This document shows positions 13,229 to 25,801 of a stretch of DNA of 64,000 nt, one piece after another (position 1 is the stretch's first letter; each line of letters opens with the position of its first letter). A model generated the notes under the pieces. That model saw only the letters and a program-made list of their open reading frames with translations. It ran no database searches and had not been told where the DNA came from. The translations under genes were made by a program, and so were the position numbers. This DNA is from Octopus sinensis (lineage: Eukaryota), in the NCBI RefSeq assembly GCF_006345805.1, contig NC_042998.1, positions 52,514,001 through 52,578,000 of the forward strand, written 5' to 3'.

Positions 13229-13451
13229 ATTATTGTTGTTGTTGTTGTTGTTGTTGCTATTATTATTGTTATTGTTCAGGTCACTGCTTGGAATTGAACT
13301 CGGAATCTTGGGGTTAGTAGCCTGCACTCTTAACCACTATGCCCATGGGCACCTGAAGAAGGCTGGCGGGTATATCAGCCGAAACATTGTGTTAACAACA
13401 GACAAGATGAAGACAAATATCCATCGAATGTAAATAATGTAAATAATGTAC
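13045..13451 (-). mobile_element. Composite element: tRNA-like head, microsatellite and Penelope-type hammerhead tail, with an inverted copy of the tail
   Basis: ~100-bp inverted repeats at 13045-13143 and 13350-13451. tRNA-like A/B boxes on the minus strand at about 13276-13345. Confidence 0.75.
13350..13391 (+). ncRNA. Minimal type I hammerhead ribozyme motif (Penelope-like), one mutation in stem III
   Basis: CAC-CTGAAGA-A-GGCTG-loop-CAGCC-GAAA-CAT-T-GTG. The inverted copy at 13104-13143 retains GAAACGT. Confidence 0.75.
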
Positions 13452-14140
13452 TTTTATTTCATTTTATCATCATCATATTCAAGCATTGGTGCATAAACTT
13501 CTATGATGGATATATTCTGTGGTCTTGCAGGCACATGTAAGGTGATAAGCCAGCTGGATACTGGTGTACAACTGGTGACTGAGCTTACTCTAGCTATAAC
13601 AATGAAGCCTATTCCATGTTCATGTTTGGTGTCATCTCTGCTGTACCACAGTTTGTGGCTTTCATCTGTTGTTGTCTCACCAAATCCTGTCCACCTGACT
13701 TTAGCCAGCCCTAGGATATCCCAGGCCCAGCCATCAAGTCCATGAGTAGGTTCTTTCACATCTCCACAAAGCATACAGAGTGTGGATGTTCCACATCCCA
13801 AAGACTGTATTGTCTCTGGGAAGGCTGAAGGTAATCAGTGTGTTTTCACTGTTGTTATCACCAACCCAGTTGCACATTGTTCACCTCCTCCCAAGGTAAC
13901 GGCAGTGGAAAATGTTGCTGTTGGTTTTCCAGGCCTTGACCAATCTGGCATATTAAGTTTTGTTTGTGTGTCTATTATGGCATTTTAGTGGGTCTTAGAA
14001 ATGCTTGCTGGTGCACAGTCTCTCACCAAGCTTGCCATTAGAAGCAGTTACCAGCATGTGGTAACTGCTTCTACTGAGAACCAGTGTACTCCTGCATCTT
14101 TAAGGGCGATGCTGTGGGAAACTAAGGTATTATCTCTACC
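13452..14140 (-). mobile_element. RTE-clade LINE 5' portion (APE endonuclease and 5' UTR)
   Basis: WDILGLAKVRWTG...HGIGFIV...QNISIIEVYAP; in-frame decay. Confidence 0.9.
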
Positions 14141-14439
14141 TAAACCTCCCTCTTCAGACAGAGAATAAAATTATTATTATTTGATTTTATATAATTTCTA
14201 ATAACAGATAGCTTATGTTTCTCCTACATGTAACTCCTATTTGCAAATGAAACATGTGTAATGGTGAATAAATAACACCAAAGATCTTTTGCCAGTTTCC
14301 TATTTTGATATGTAATTACCAAAAAAAAAAAAAAATTCCAATATTTTTCAAGTATTATGCTTACCTCACACAGATATAACATCTACACACAACTTTGAAG
14401 TACTGGAATAAGCAATACGCAAACGTGTTTCAAGAAGCT

Positions 14440-14715
14440 TGCTTCACATGGTTCCGTGTTCAGTCGCACTGCGTGGCACCTTGGGCAAGTGTTTTCTTCT
14501 ATAGCCTTGGGTTGACCAAAGCCTTGTGAGTGGATTTGGTAGACAGTGTGTTTATGTCCCCGTAACTTAGCAGTTCAGCAAAAAGAGATCGATAGAATAA
14601 GTAATAGGTTTACAAAGATTAAGTCTTGGGGTTGATTTCTCCAACTAAAATAATTTAAGATGGTGCTCCAGCATGGCTGCAGTCAAATGACTGAAACACG
14701 TAAAAAAGTAAAAGA
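14440..14715 (+). mobile_element. SINE family A, internally deleted
   Basis: Head and tail match family A; the central microsatellite region is missing. Confidence 0.85.
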
Positions 14716-14730
14716 AAATATATACATACA

Positions 14731-14825
14731 TATATATATAAAATTGAGAATGTGTGTCTGTTTGTCTGTCTGTCTGTCTGTATGCATGCATCACTAAAAT
14801 TCAAGAACTACTCAACCAATATTTA
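14731..14825 (+). mobile_element. Probable Helitron 5' terminus
   Basis: tatatatataaaattgagaat followed by (GTCT)n, similar to the Helitron end at about 43030-43088. Confidence 0.5.
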
Positions 14826-14948
14826 TATACATGTATATTTATATGCATGTATATATATATACACATATATGTGTGTATATATACACATATATATATATAT
14901 ATATACATATATGTGTGTGTATATATACATATGTGTGTGTGTGTGTAC

Positions 14949-14988
<40 letters not shown>

Positions 14989-15689
14989 TCCTCAAAGTTA
15001 AGAGGGAAAAACTCGGATCGTATAAATCTTGTGAATTTTCCAAAGTTCTCTCCCCACCCCCTTGGAAAAGATTTTCCTCACAAATTTCTTTATAATCGTA
15101 ATCTATACCATTTGAAAGATATTTATATAAAATTTCATTAAAAAAGACTCATTTTCCTAAAAGTTGTGAGGGAAAAACATCAGATCTTGTGACTTTTTGA
15201 AAGGCCTTTCCCCACTCCCGTTGCTTTCTGGGCATTTCTGTTTTCATATTCGTTTCCTACACCTTTTTTTTACACCCGTTGCACAATTTTTTTCGCTTTT
15301 GTTTCCGAGTAATAACATCAGCATTAACCGTTTATTCTAACTTTATTGCTTTCTAAGAAAATATCTAATTGAAAATTCTTACACGTTAAATACTTTAGTT
15401 CTGTTTATCCACAACTTCTCACATTTTCTTGCTTCTATCTCCATAACCATACGGCCTCTACTTATACTTGAACATTCTTAAAGTTCACTATTTGGATTCG
15501 TTTTAACACATAATGACCCCACTTTTTACTTCGTTCACCTTTTTGTTACAGACTTCTTTCATTTCCTTTCTCTTTAAACATTCTTAAAGTTAAATCTTTC
15601 AAAAGGCAATATACAGAGGCTGTACAAACTGCAGCTGTTGAGCAACAGGCATTTTGTAACATGGCCTAGAAGATAGTACAGCATCTGAC

Positions 15690-16740
15690 ATGGATGCCAA
15701 ATTGAAGCCATGCATATCAATGTACCAGACCAACTCAGGTGATGGACCCAGAAACACCAGATATCAAACCTATATTCCTATTAAAGATTGGAGATCTACT
15801 CACAGCACGCAATTAAGCAATATGCAGGACACTCATAGAAATGCATGTAACCTCCACTATAACAGATGTAGAAGTACATATACCGGGGTATGCTGTATTT
15901 TGTACAGACAGAAGGGAAAGAAGCCATGGGGAGGTTGATATGTGCATCTGTGAAGATTTCACACCCCTTATATTGCTGTGACACCCTCATAATATATATA
16001 AATCAAATTGATGTAGTTGTATGCATAACATATTGTCTGCTAAATACCACAAAATATGTGGCAAATTTGAGGATAAACTTGGACACATAGAAGAGGTATT
16101 GACAAACCTAGATCAACACATCAATATACTTCACGTTGGTGACTTCAAATGGCTGGAAATCCACATCTTCCCTGGGATGTCACAGCATGAGCAAAAGCAT
16201 GTAGACTCATTGCTTGATCTTTCTAGTATGCTGTTCATGGAACAAGTGATATGCAAGCCAACCAGGGGAAACAGCATCTTGGATCACTGCTTTACAAATA
16301 TCCATAATGTTAAGATGATGCCAGCAGCACTCTCCGACCACAACATTGTTGAAATAACAATGTATGATCCTAAGGGAACTGTTGGCATCTACCCTATCAG
16401 GAGGACTTGAGCCATATCCAACTTGAATTTCAATAAAGCAGAATGAAAATCAATCTGTAAAGAGATCCACATACGAAACTGGTCTGAAATTCTATGCAAG
16501 ACATTGCTTGAAACTCAGTCAGCTTATGTCAATAGTGCAAGCTATATGCACTAAATATACTCCAGAAAGAAAGGCCAGCATACTGATAAACAAGATCTCT
16601 GTGAGCAGAAAAATTTTTATGAGATGCAGCTGAAAGGTTTCAAACTGGCTGAGTAGGCAACTGATGGACAGGAGAAGTTCATTTTAATATGGACACTCCT
16701 GGAAATTGAAAAAAAAACCCCAAACTCTCTCATGAAAAGG
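15690..16740 (+). mobile_element. CR1/Jockey-group LINE endonuclease fragment
   Basis: APE motifs VGDF, PTRGNSILDHCFTN and ALSDHNIV; stops and frameshifts. Confidence 0.85.
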
Positions 16741-16771
16741 AAAGAGCAAGAGAGAGAACAGAGCTGTGGAA

Positions 16772-16788
16772 ATACATACATACATACA

Positions 16789-16870
<82 letters not shown>

Positions 16871-16897
16871 ATATAATATATATATATATATTATATA

Positions 16898-16933
<36 letters not shown>

Positions 16934-16968
16934 TGTATGTATGTATGTATGTGTATATATATATAAAT
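16772..16968. repeat. (TACA)n-(TA)n-(TATG)n microsatellite with palindromic arrangement
   Basis: Direct inspection. Confidence 0.95.
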
Positions 16969-17427
16969 AACAAATATTCATATTCAATAATATGTAGTAT
17001 TAGTATTCAGTAATAACCATATTAATGTTTGTATGTATACACTTAAGCGCACGAATACTTACCTACACATGAGCTCACATTGGCTCAACTATTATTCTAC
17101 CAATAAATACTGGTTAATATTCATGGTGATGCAGTAAGCTGCCTGTTGGTGTCTTTAACATCTGTGCATTAAGGTGAAATTGAAGTGTCATAATACATTT
17201 TTCTGAGTCGTTTTCCAAGACATATGACAGAATATATACATTACTGCTTGCCAGACTTGTCTCATTTGTAGACATACATATTTATTCTGTAATAGTTTTT
17301 GTTTATCATAACTCATCTCCTTGGTATCTTTTAAAAATGATAATAAAAATAATAATGATGATGATGATGATGATGATGATGACGACGACGACGACAACAA
17401 CAACAACAACAACAACAATAATAATAA

Positions 17428-17878
17428 TGTGCTACAGCAAATATTCTGCTCAATACCACAGATTTGCTTGTCAGTTGTTTGACCTTAACCAGTTGAGCAT
17501 TTCCCTTAGTGGCTGACAATATGTGCATCTCTGATCACAAGCAGAAGTAGTGGGGGAGCATCATAGCCACGTGTTGAGAGGGATTGCTTGGGGTTAGAAT
17601 AATTCACCTCTGGAAACATGGGTGTTTCATTCAACATCCTTAAACAATCCTTATTCAGGGACTTTTTGAGCGGGATGGGTTACTCGACCTGAAGAAAATT
17701 ATAACTGGGCCCCACCTGCAAGGTCATGCACTGTTAATCTTGATATGAGATCACCATGTCGCACACATATGGTTGTGACGCATATGTGCCCTTATCAGAT
17801 GGGTAGTCATGATGGGTATATTGGGCTGCGTATATTTTATCCCAGTGTCACTTTGATGGCATGCACTGGTCTCTCAAT
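17428..17878 (+). mobile_element. Family D copy, 5' truncated, between AAT-type tracts
   Basis: Homologous to 32054-32644. Confidence 0.88.
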
Positions 17879-17949
17879 AATAATAATCATAATCATAATA
17901 ATAGTCGACGTCGTCATCGTCGTTGTCATCATCATCATCATCACATGAT

Positions 17950-18200
17950 CAAACCAGTGCAGTCTTCTCTTATACACAGCATCTAATGTCTCTTATACTT
18001 AGTTTTCCTCTTAAATCATTTGCACTCTTTCTTGTGTAAATACTGACATTACCCATCCAGCAGAGCTTGCCAGCTTCATTTATTTCACGACATCGCAAAT
18101 CCTTTGTAGTCAAAGCCCATGTTTCACTTCCATGTAGCATAGCTTTACATACACAGGCATCCAATAATCTGCCTTTCACTCTGAGGAAGAGGCCTTTAGT
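17950..18200 (-). mobile_element. RTE reverse transcriptase C-terminal fragment
   Basis: KGRLLDACVCKAMLHGSETWAL. Confidence 0.88.
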
Positions 18201-18279
18201 TACCAGTTTTCATAAAATATGCATACATTGCATACACACTCACTTGTTTGAAAAATAAATAAATAAATAAATAAATAAA

Positions 18280-18527
18280 TGCGCCTTTTTAAAGCCTAGC
18301 CAGGCTCATTGGCCCGGTTTCCCGGTTTCAATGGCATATGTATTCCCCAGCTGGACAGGACGCCAGTCCATTGTAGCGTTACTCATTTTTGTCAGCTGAG
18401 TGGACTGGAGCAACATGAAATGAAGTGTTTTGCTCAAGAATACAACACATCGCCCAGTCTAGGAATCGAAACCACAATCTTATGATCATGATGCTGACAC
18501 CCTAACCACTAAGCCAAACACCTCCAC
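18280..18527 (-). mobile_element. tRNA-headed SINE, family C variant (similar copy at 24885-25070)
   Basis: Family C tail (gcctggctaggctt) plus a different core (gtgttttgctcaagaatacaac). Confidence 0.8.
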
Positions 18528-18699
18528 ACCACCTGTTTTTAAGTAAGGTAATAATCCTCTAGTCTACCAAACAATGAATAGCTCAGACATAAGTTATGTG
18601 GTGTGCTGGAAACAAATGACTTACTTTGAATGAATCTTTTATTTTCTGTAAGTGAACACACATGAAGATGAGAGGGGTAAAAATGAACTCTCTCTCTCT

Positions 18700-19170
18700 C
18701 ATCATCATCATTGTTCGACCGTGGTCGAGACAATGGAATTTACTATGTTACGCCAGACTTCACGGTCCATCATAGCATTACGGAGGTCCTGTTGCTGGAT
18801 GCCTGTATCCCTGGAGATTACATCAGGGTAGGAGAGTGTGCGCCCTCTGGTATTGCGAGTAGATGGCTTCCAGAGGAGAAGAGTAGAAATTACTTCTTTT
18901 TCAGCTCTACAACAATGTCCAGCAAACTGGACTCTCCTACCTTTCACAAGAGATGACACAGGTGGTAGTTTCCCATATATTTGCATTTTGGTTGGATGGC
19001 GCTTCCACGAGAGATTTTGAGCTCTCATAAGGAGGCAAGTGTAGGTTCCATCCAACCGCCTCTCAAGCTTCTTTGATAACGTCCAGGTTTCTGAGCCATA
19101 TAGTAGAATTGGTTCGACTGTGGCTTTGAATATTTCAAGTTTGAAGTCTCTACTTAGATTTGATGACCAG
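18700..19170 (-). mobile_element. RTE-group LINE 3' end with open ~150-codon frame and (GAT)n tail
   Basis: LLYGSETWTLSKKLERRLDGTY...FAGHC...DREVWR, then stop and tgatgatga. Confidence 0.92.
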
Positions 19171-19289
19171 ATCTTATGCATGTCATACACACACACACAC
19201 ATACATGCACACACTTATATATACATACATTTGATAGAATTCTTCAGTTTTTATCTTCCACCTTCATTCACTCACAAGATATTCTTTTC

Positions 19290-19490
19290 TACTCTAGGCA
19301 CAAGGCCCGAAATTTTTGGGGAGGGGGCCAGTCGATTAGATCGACACCAGTACATAACTGGTACTTAGTTTATCAACCTCGAAAGGATGAAAGGCAAAGT
19401 CGACCTCAACGGAATTTGAACTCAGAACATAAAGACAGGTGAAATACCGCTAAGCATTTCACCCGGCATACTAACGTTTCTGCTAGCTTG
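19290..19490 (-). mobile_element. SINE family B
   Basis: Family core and B-box. Confidence 0.88.
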
Positions 19491-20232
19491 TTCCCTTTTC
19501 ACTCACAAGATATTGGTTGAGCCATGGCAATTGTATAAAAGCCAACCTTGAAGACACATGGCATATTATATAAATCTGCCATATTATTGTATTGCTATAG
19601 CATGAAACTAATAGTAGCTCTTTTTTTAAATATTAAATGATATTTATGTCTCACTGGATAAAATATTTTATTTTTGTTGATCCTATTATTCTTTTGTTGA
19701 TCCTACCTATAACAGAACAGTAAGCTATATAATGTGTGTGAGTGTGTTGTCAAGCAATATTTTACTGGTTGTGACATATAACTAGTCAGAATGTAACAGT
19801 CAGTCTTGTGACAAATATTGGTTTCAAGTTTTGGCACAAAGGCTAGCAATTTTGGAGGAGGGGTTAAGTCAATTAGATCAACCCCAAAATGCAACTGGTT
19901 CTTATTTTATTGACCCCTCCCCCAAAAGGATCTAAAGCAAAATCAAGCTCAGTGGCATTTGAACCCAGGATGTATGGAATACTGCTAATCATTTTGCCCA
20001 GTGTGGTAATGATTCTGCCAGCTTACCACTTTTCTTGCAAAAAATATTACCATCAGATAACATTATAACATTCTAACAAGTTATAAACAATTAGCAGTAA
20101 TATATTAATTTCAAATTTGATATAGGGCCAGCAGTTCTTTCGTGGAAGGGGATAAGTCGATTACATTCACCCCAGTGTTTATTCTTTTATTCTTTCACTC
20201 GTTTCAGTCATTTGACTGTGGCCATGCTGGAA

Positions 20233-21891
20233 AATATAAAGTTAAGTCAAAAGAAAGCCATACTAATAAAGAGGAGATAAAAGCTGCTATAGGACTGCTT
20301 TATCTCTTAGGAGTTTTCAGAGCTATCCAAATGAATATGGAAGATGTTTGGGCAACTGATGGTACAGGAATTGAATTTTTTCTAGCAACTATATCTCTTG
20401 CAGTGATTTTTTTTCCTGCTGAGGTCTATGAGGTTTGATGACATCCACACCCGGGCTGAAAGGAGGTTAGAAGATAAGTTTTCACCTTTTAGAAAGTTCT
20501 TTGAGAAATTTGTTGATAATTGTATCTCCAATTATAATGTCTCAGAGTATGTGACAATAAATGAAATGTTGGCTGCCTTTAGAGGGGACTGCCCATTCAA
20601 GGTCTACATGCCAAGTAAATCAGCAAAATATGGCATGAAGATATTTATTTTAGCAGATGCTAAAACTTTCTATGAGTCATGTACGGAGGTAGGTCTACTT
20701 GGAGAAACAACCAGAGGGCCATTCTATAGTAGATAATTCTGGAGCAGCAGTGGTGAAAAGGTTGGTGTCTTCTATAATTGGGTCTGGAAGAAATATTACA
20801 ATTGGTTTACAAGTTACGGACTTGCAGTTGATCTTTTGAAGAATTATAGATTAACATTAGTTGGCACTCTGAGAAAGAACAAGACAGAACGTTCCCCTTC
20901 AGTTTGTTGCCATAAGAGGCAGAACTGAATACACAAGCTCGTTTGGTTTCCAGAAGGAAGTTACACTGACCTCATATCTTCCCAAGAAAGATAAAAATGT
21001 TGTTCTAATGAGCACAATGTATCATGATGCTGCAATTGATGAAAGTACAAAAGAAAAAAGAAAACTAAAGATTATTACCTTCTACAACAGTACTAAAGGA
21101 AGGGTAGATACTGTGGATCAGTTGTGTTCCGTCTACAATGTTTCCAGAAATACTTGATGTTGACCACTTACAGATTTCTACACCATACTCAATGTTGCAG
21201 GAATAAATGCCTACAATATATTCGTGGTGTGTACTGCCCGGGGTGGTCCTTCAGTTTGCCACCTCAGAACCCCACAAAAAACAAATATTGCCTCCAGCAG
21301 ATCCAAAAGTGGTGCCACTTTAAAAGTGCTACTCAGGTCGGACTGCTCCTACGATCCCCCTAGGCATGCTAGTAGTGGAGGACTGTATCCATCATTGCAA
21401 GACAAACTCATATTTGAGGAAAGACTTGAGAAGGAAGATTCAACATTTCTCAGTACCTAAGGAATTACCTCCAAAGATTCCATACAAAGATGGTTATTGT
21501 GCCCCAGGTCAAAAAGATCATAGGACAAGAAATTTCTGCCAGAAGTGCGATAAGCCCATCTGCTTGGAACATGCCATGCACATTTGCATTGTCTGATTTG
21601 CTCAGAATGATGAGGTTGATAGTGCAAATAATGAGTAGACAGTAAATATGAAAGTAGCACTCTCCCCACCACAAAGTAGTTTATTTTGTTTAACCTTCAT
21701 TTTAAAAGACTACTCTTTTGTTTTTGTTCACATATTAAATAGATACATTATATCAGAATACGTTTTTTGGTAATATTATTGCTTAAGAACACATTTAGAA
21801 TAATAAAAATTACTAAAAATAGCTAAAACTCTGAGTGGAGTTCTCCATACTCCACTCCAAAAAAAAAATGCAGAACCACACAACCAGAGGG
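20233..21891 (+). mobile_element. 5'-truncated decayed piggyBac transposon
   Basis: MRFDD, VTINEMLAAFRGDCPFKVYMPSK.AKYGMK, KGRVDTVDQ and C-terminal CQKCDKPICLEH; 3' end agggTTAA at 21888-21895. Confidence 0.92.
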
Positions 21892-22374
21892 TTAAGAACT
21901 TTCTAAAGGGAACTTTTACATATCTCACACAATTTATACTAGTTTATGAATTTTCTTTTCTCTATATGTTATAGAAATATATGTCATAATCTGACATCAT
22001 ACCTGTTGCTTACCTGTCTGTATTTTTGTTCTGGTATACATATACCAGCTTGATTGATACATTGACTATAAATCAAACCATCATTTAAGCAGCTACTGCA
22101 TTCCTGTATTTAAAGTTGGAGTTTAGACACAAATTTGACTTGAGCTCTGATTATATTTATCTGTTATGTGTCAATAAAAATAAGTACCAGTCAAACACTG
22201 GGGTTGATGTAATTGACTAGTTCCCTCCCACTAAATTTCAGGTCTTCTGCCTATCATGTTATGTCATTTGATATGTTACCCACCCCACTATATATACATA
22301 TACATATACACACATATATACATATATATATATAATATATATATAATATATATATATATATAAATAAATAAATA

Positions 22375-22421
<47 letters not shown>

Positions 22422-22431
22422 TTATTTATTT

Positions 22432-22738
22432 ATTTATCTGCCCTTTTCAAGCCTAGCCAGGCTCATGGGCCCGGTTTCCTGGTTTCTTTGGCATATGTCT
22501 TCCCCTCAGCTGGACGGGCCGCCAGTCCATCGCAACGTTACCCAAGAAACAGGGAGAAAGAGCGAGAGAAAGTTGGAGCGAAAGAGTACAACAGGGATCT
22601 CCACCACCCCCTGTCGGAGCCTCATTGAGCTTTAGGTGTTTTTGCTCAATAAACACACACAACACCCAGTCTGAGAATTGAAACTGCTCCCCCAACCATG
22701 AGTCCACTGCCCTAACCACTGGGCCATTGCACCTCCAC
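22432..22738 (-). mobile_element. tRNA-headed SINE family C
   Basis: Perfect A-box TGGCCCAGTGG; homologous to 34716-35022. Confidence 0.9.
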
Positions 22739-22749
22739 ATATTTATATT

Positions 22750-22805
<56 letters not shown>

Positions 22806-23343
22806 AAGAGAGAGAGACAGAGAGAGAGAGGGAGAGAGATCAAAATAAAAACGAAAAAGAAAGACATTTAGCATCACTTGAAAAATACAGTTAATTTAAA
22901 TAGAGAATATAAACATATAGAGTCTCTTAAAGTGGTTTCTAGGACAGCCAAGCTTATAGATCATGATATTGAGTAAGGATTCCCAAAGTTGATTATTCCG
23001 TCATCAGAGAGGGAGAAGTCAAAGAAAAGCTTCTTCCCAATGTCCATCAACCAAATCCATGTACAAGGTTTCTATAGCAGAAGAACACTTGCATAAGGTG
23101 CTGTGCAACGGGATAGAACATGAAAATTACATGATTGGAAAGTGTGTATCTCATCTTCTTCTGCTTTTCTTATGCCTGCTTTAATTCTAAAAATTTTCCT
23201 TTTTTGTTTTTTTTTTACATGTACACAAAAGAGAAAATGAAACATCAGAAAAATATTTGGAATTTATGGCCAGCAGTTGTATATTGTAGACATTTATCAG
23301 ACATACCAATTTTATGGAAATATATAGGATAATTATCTATTGC

Positions 23344-23392
<49 letters not shown>

Positions 23393-23405
23393 TTACATAC
23401 ATATG

Positions 23406-23441
<36 letters not shown>

Positions 23442-24429
23442 ATGTCTGTGTGTGTATTTAGAGAGAGAGGTATGTAAATATATTAAGTTAGTGTCTTTTT
23501 GCAATAATGGCATGTTGTTATATAGATAGTGTTGTTTATTTGGGAATGACAGAAACTCAAACTAAATTTGTCAGTAGACATAAAGATTATTATTCAATAA
23601 TTTAGAAGAAAAAATCTGTCTTTACTTTCTGAGTTCAAATTCCGCTGAGGTCGACTTTGCCTTTCATCCTTTCAGGGTCAATAGATTAAGTACCAGTTGC
23701 GTACAGGGGTCGATCTCATGAACTGGCCTCCTCCTCAGAAATTTTGGGCCTTGTGCCTAGAGTAGAAAAGAATAATTTGGAAGAAAATAAGCACAACCAA
23801 ATTTTAAGAAAGCAGTATGTAGACAATTGATAGTATATGACCCATACCTTTAATATTTGCATTGTGTAATGTAAGGGGAGTTTTGAGTAACCAGGTAGGT
23901 TTGAAACCAGCCATACCTGGCCCAATTTATGTTCAAACTAGTCAGATCTCACCTTTCGTACCAACCCTACAATGTCAGTTTAAAAATATAGTCATATCAT
24001 TGAAATCTTTAAGCTATGAGATATTGTATAATTAATTCAAAACAATGTGAATAAATAAGCATTACATTAGCCAGAGTAATCTGAATGCTGAATTACTTTA
24101 AATAGTACTTTAGATTATGTTTTAAATAGAGTAGGCTAACATTTTAGCTGCACTTAGCATACATTTCCTTTATATGTAGTAATTAGATTTTTTTGTTTAA
24201 GTAGCTTTGTACTAAAAATAATGTATTTTTGTGACATTCCAACAAAACTAATAGATAAATTCTGTCATATTGGCCCATATTATTGTTCTTGAAGCAGAAC
24301 CAGTAATAGTTTAAAGTTTTGGGAAATGTTACTTTTATTGATAACATATAAATGGTAGATTTTATTGTTCATACCAAATACGATGGAACTAAGCATAAAT
24401 GTGTTGTACATGGATTAAAATAAAAGAAT

Positions 24430-24596
24430 ATGGCTGCGTGGTAAGAAGTTTGCCTCCCAACCACATGGTTCTGGGTTCATTCTTATTGTGTGGCACCATG
24501 GGCAAGTGTCATCTACTCTAGCTTCAGGCTGACTGAAGCCTTGTGAGTGGATTAGGGAAACGGAAACTGAAAGAAGCCCATTTTGTGTGTGTGTGT

Positions 24597-24640
<44 letters not shown>

Positions 24641-24860
24641 TGTGTGTGTGCGTGTGCATGTGTTTGTGCTTGTCCCCCACTATCACCTGACAACTGGTGG
24701 TGTGTGTTTACATCCCTGTAACTTAGTGGCTTGGAAAAATAGATAGAATACAATACGTACCAGACTTTTAAAAATAAGTATTGGGTGTCAATTTATTCAA
24801 CTAAAAGTTTGTCAAGGTGGTGCCCCAACATGACCGTAGTCAAATGGCTGAAACAATTAC
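24430..24860 (+). mobile_element. SINE family A
   Basis: Head, (GT)n and tail. Confidence 0.88.
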
Positions 24861-25801
24861 AAAAAATAAAAAAGCATACTTTTTTCCCCATCTGGATAGG
24901 ATGCTGGCCATTCACAGGTTTACTCATTTTTGCCAGCTAAGTGAACTGGAGTTAGCATAAAATGAAGTGTTTTGCTCAAGAACACAACACATCACCTGGT
25001 CCAGGAATCGAAACCCCAATCTTAAGATCATGAGTCCAACACCCGAACCACTAAGCCACATGCCTCCACTCAGGGTTGGAGACTGATGCAGTGAATGACC
25101 AGATTGTCTTTCTTGCCTCATCTTGCTCTCTGCACTCCACAATGTGACTCCACTGCAGCTGACTTTCCTTCTGTTGAACCGTGAAGGTTTCTTCAGTAGA
25201 GTTTGCTCGATCCAGTCTTCCTGTGCATGGGTAGATAAGCGCTAATATACTAATTAACCCAGAGCCAGGATCTCAATGAATGCTACTTCTCTGGTTCAGA
25301 GTAGCCTTGGGAACAGTAGTGGTTTGGAGATTGTTCCACACTCCTCAAAACCCTGGAACCAGGCCCCTCACTACCAACAATTTATACTGATTATGTAAAG
25401 ATGGTGCAGGCAAGGCTGTGTGGCAGGTGCAAGAGTGCAGGTGCAGGAGTGGTAGGGGCAGGAGTGGCAGGAATTTGCAAACACTGGCATGATAGGTACA
25501 GGAATGACAAGTGAAGGAATGGCTGTGTGGTTAGCTTGCTTTCCAACCATGTGGTCTTAGGTTCAGTCCCACTATAAAGCATCTTAGGTGAGTGTCTTCT
25601 GCTATAGCTCTGAGAAGAGCAAAGCCTGGTAAGTAGATTTAGTAAATGGAAACTGAAAGAAGACCATCGTATATAAGTACATGTGTGTGTATTTGTGTGT
25701 GTGTGTTGCGTTTGTTGCCTACCACTGCCACTTTACAACAAGGGTAGGCTTGTTTGTGTTCTTGTAAATTTAGCAGTTTGGCAAAGAGATTGATAGAATA
25801 G

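Noticed and set aside
13276-13345. Genuine tRNA gene
   Set aside because: No acceptor stem and poor arm pairing; it is a SINE-type head only.
22014-22103. Minus-strand 90-nt open segment ECSSCLNDGLIYSQC...
   Set aside because: It can be chained to other segments only in a frame giving an implausible peptide, so it is not supportable.
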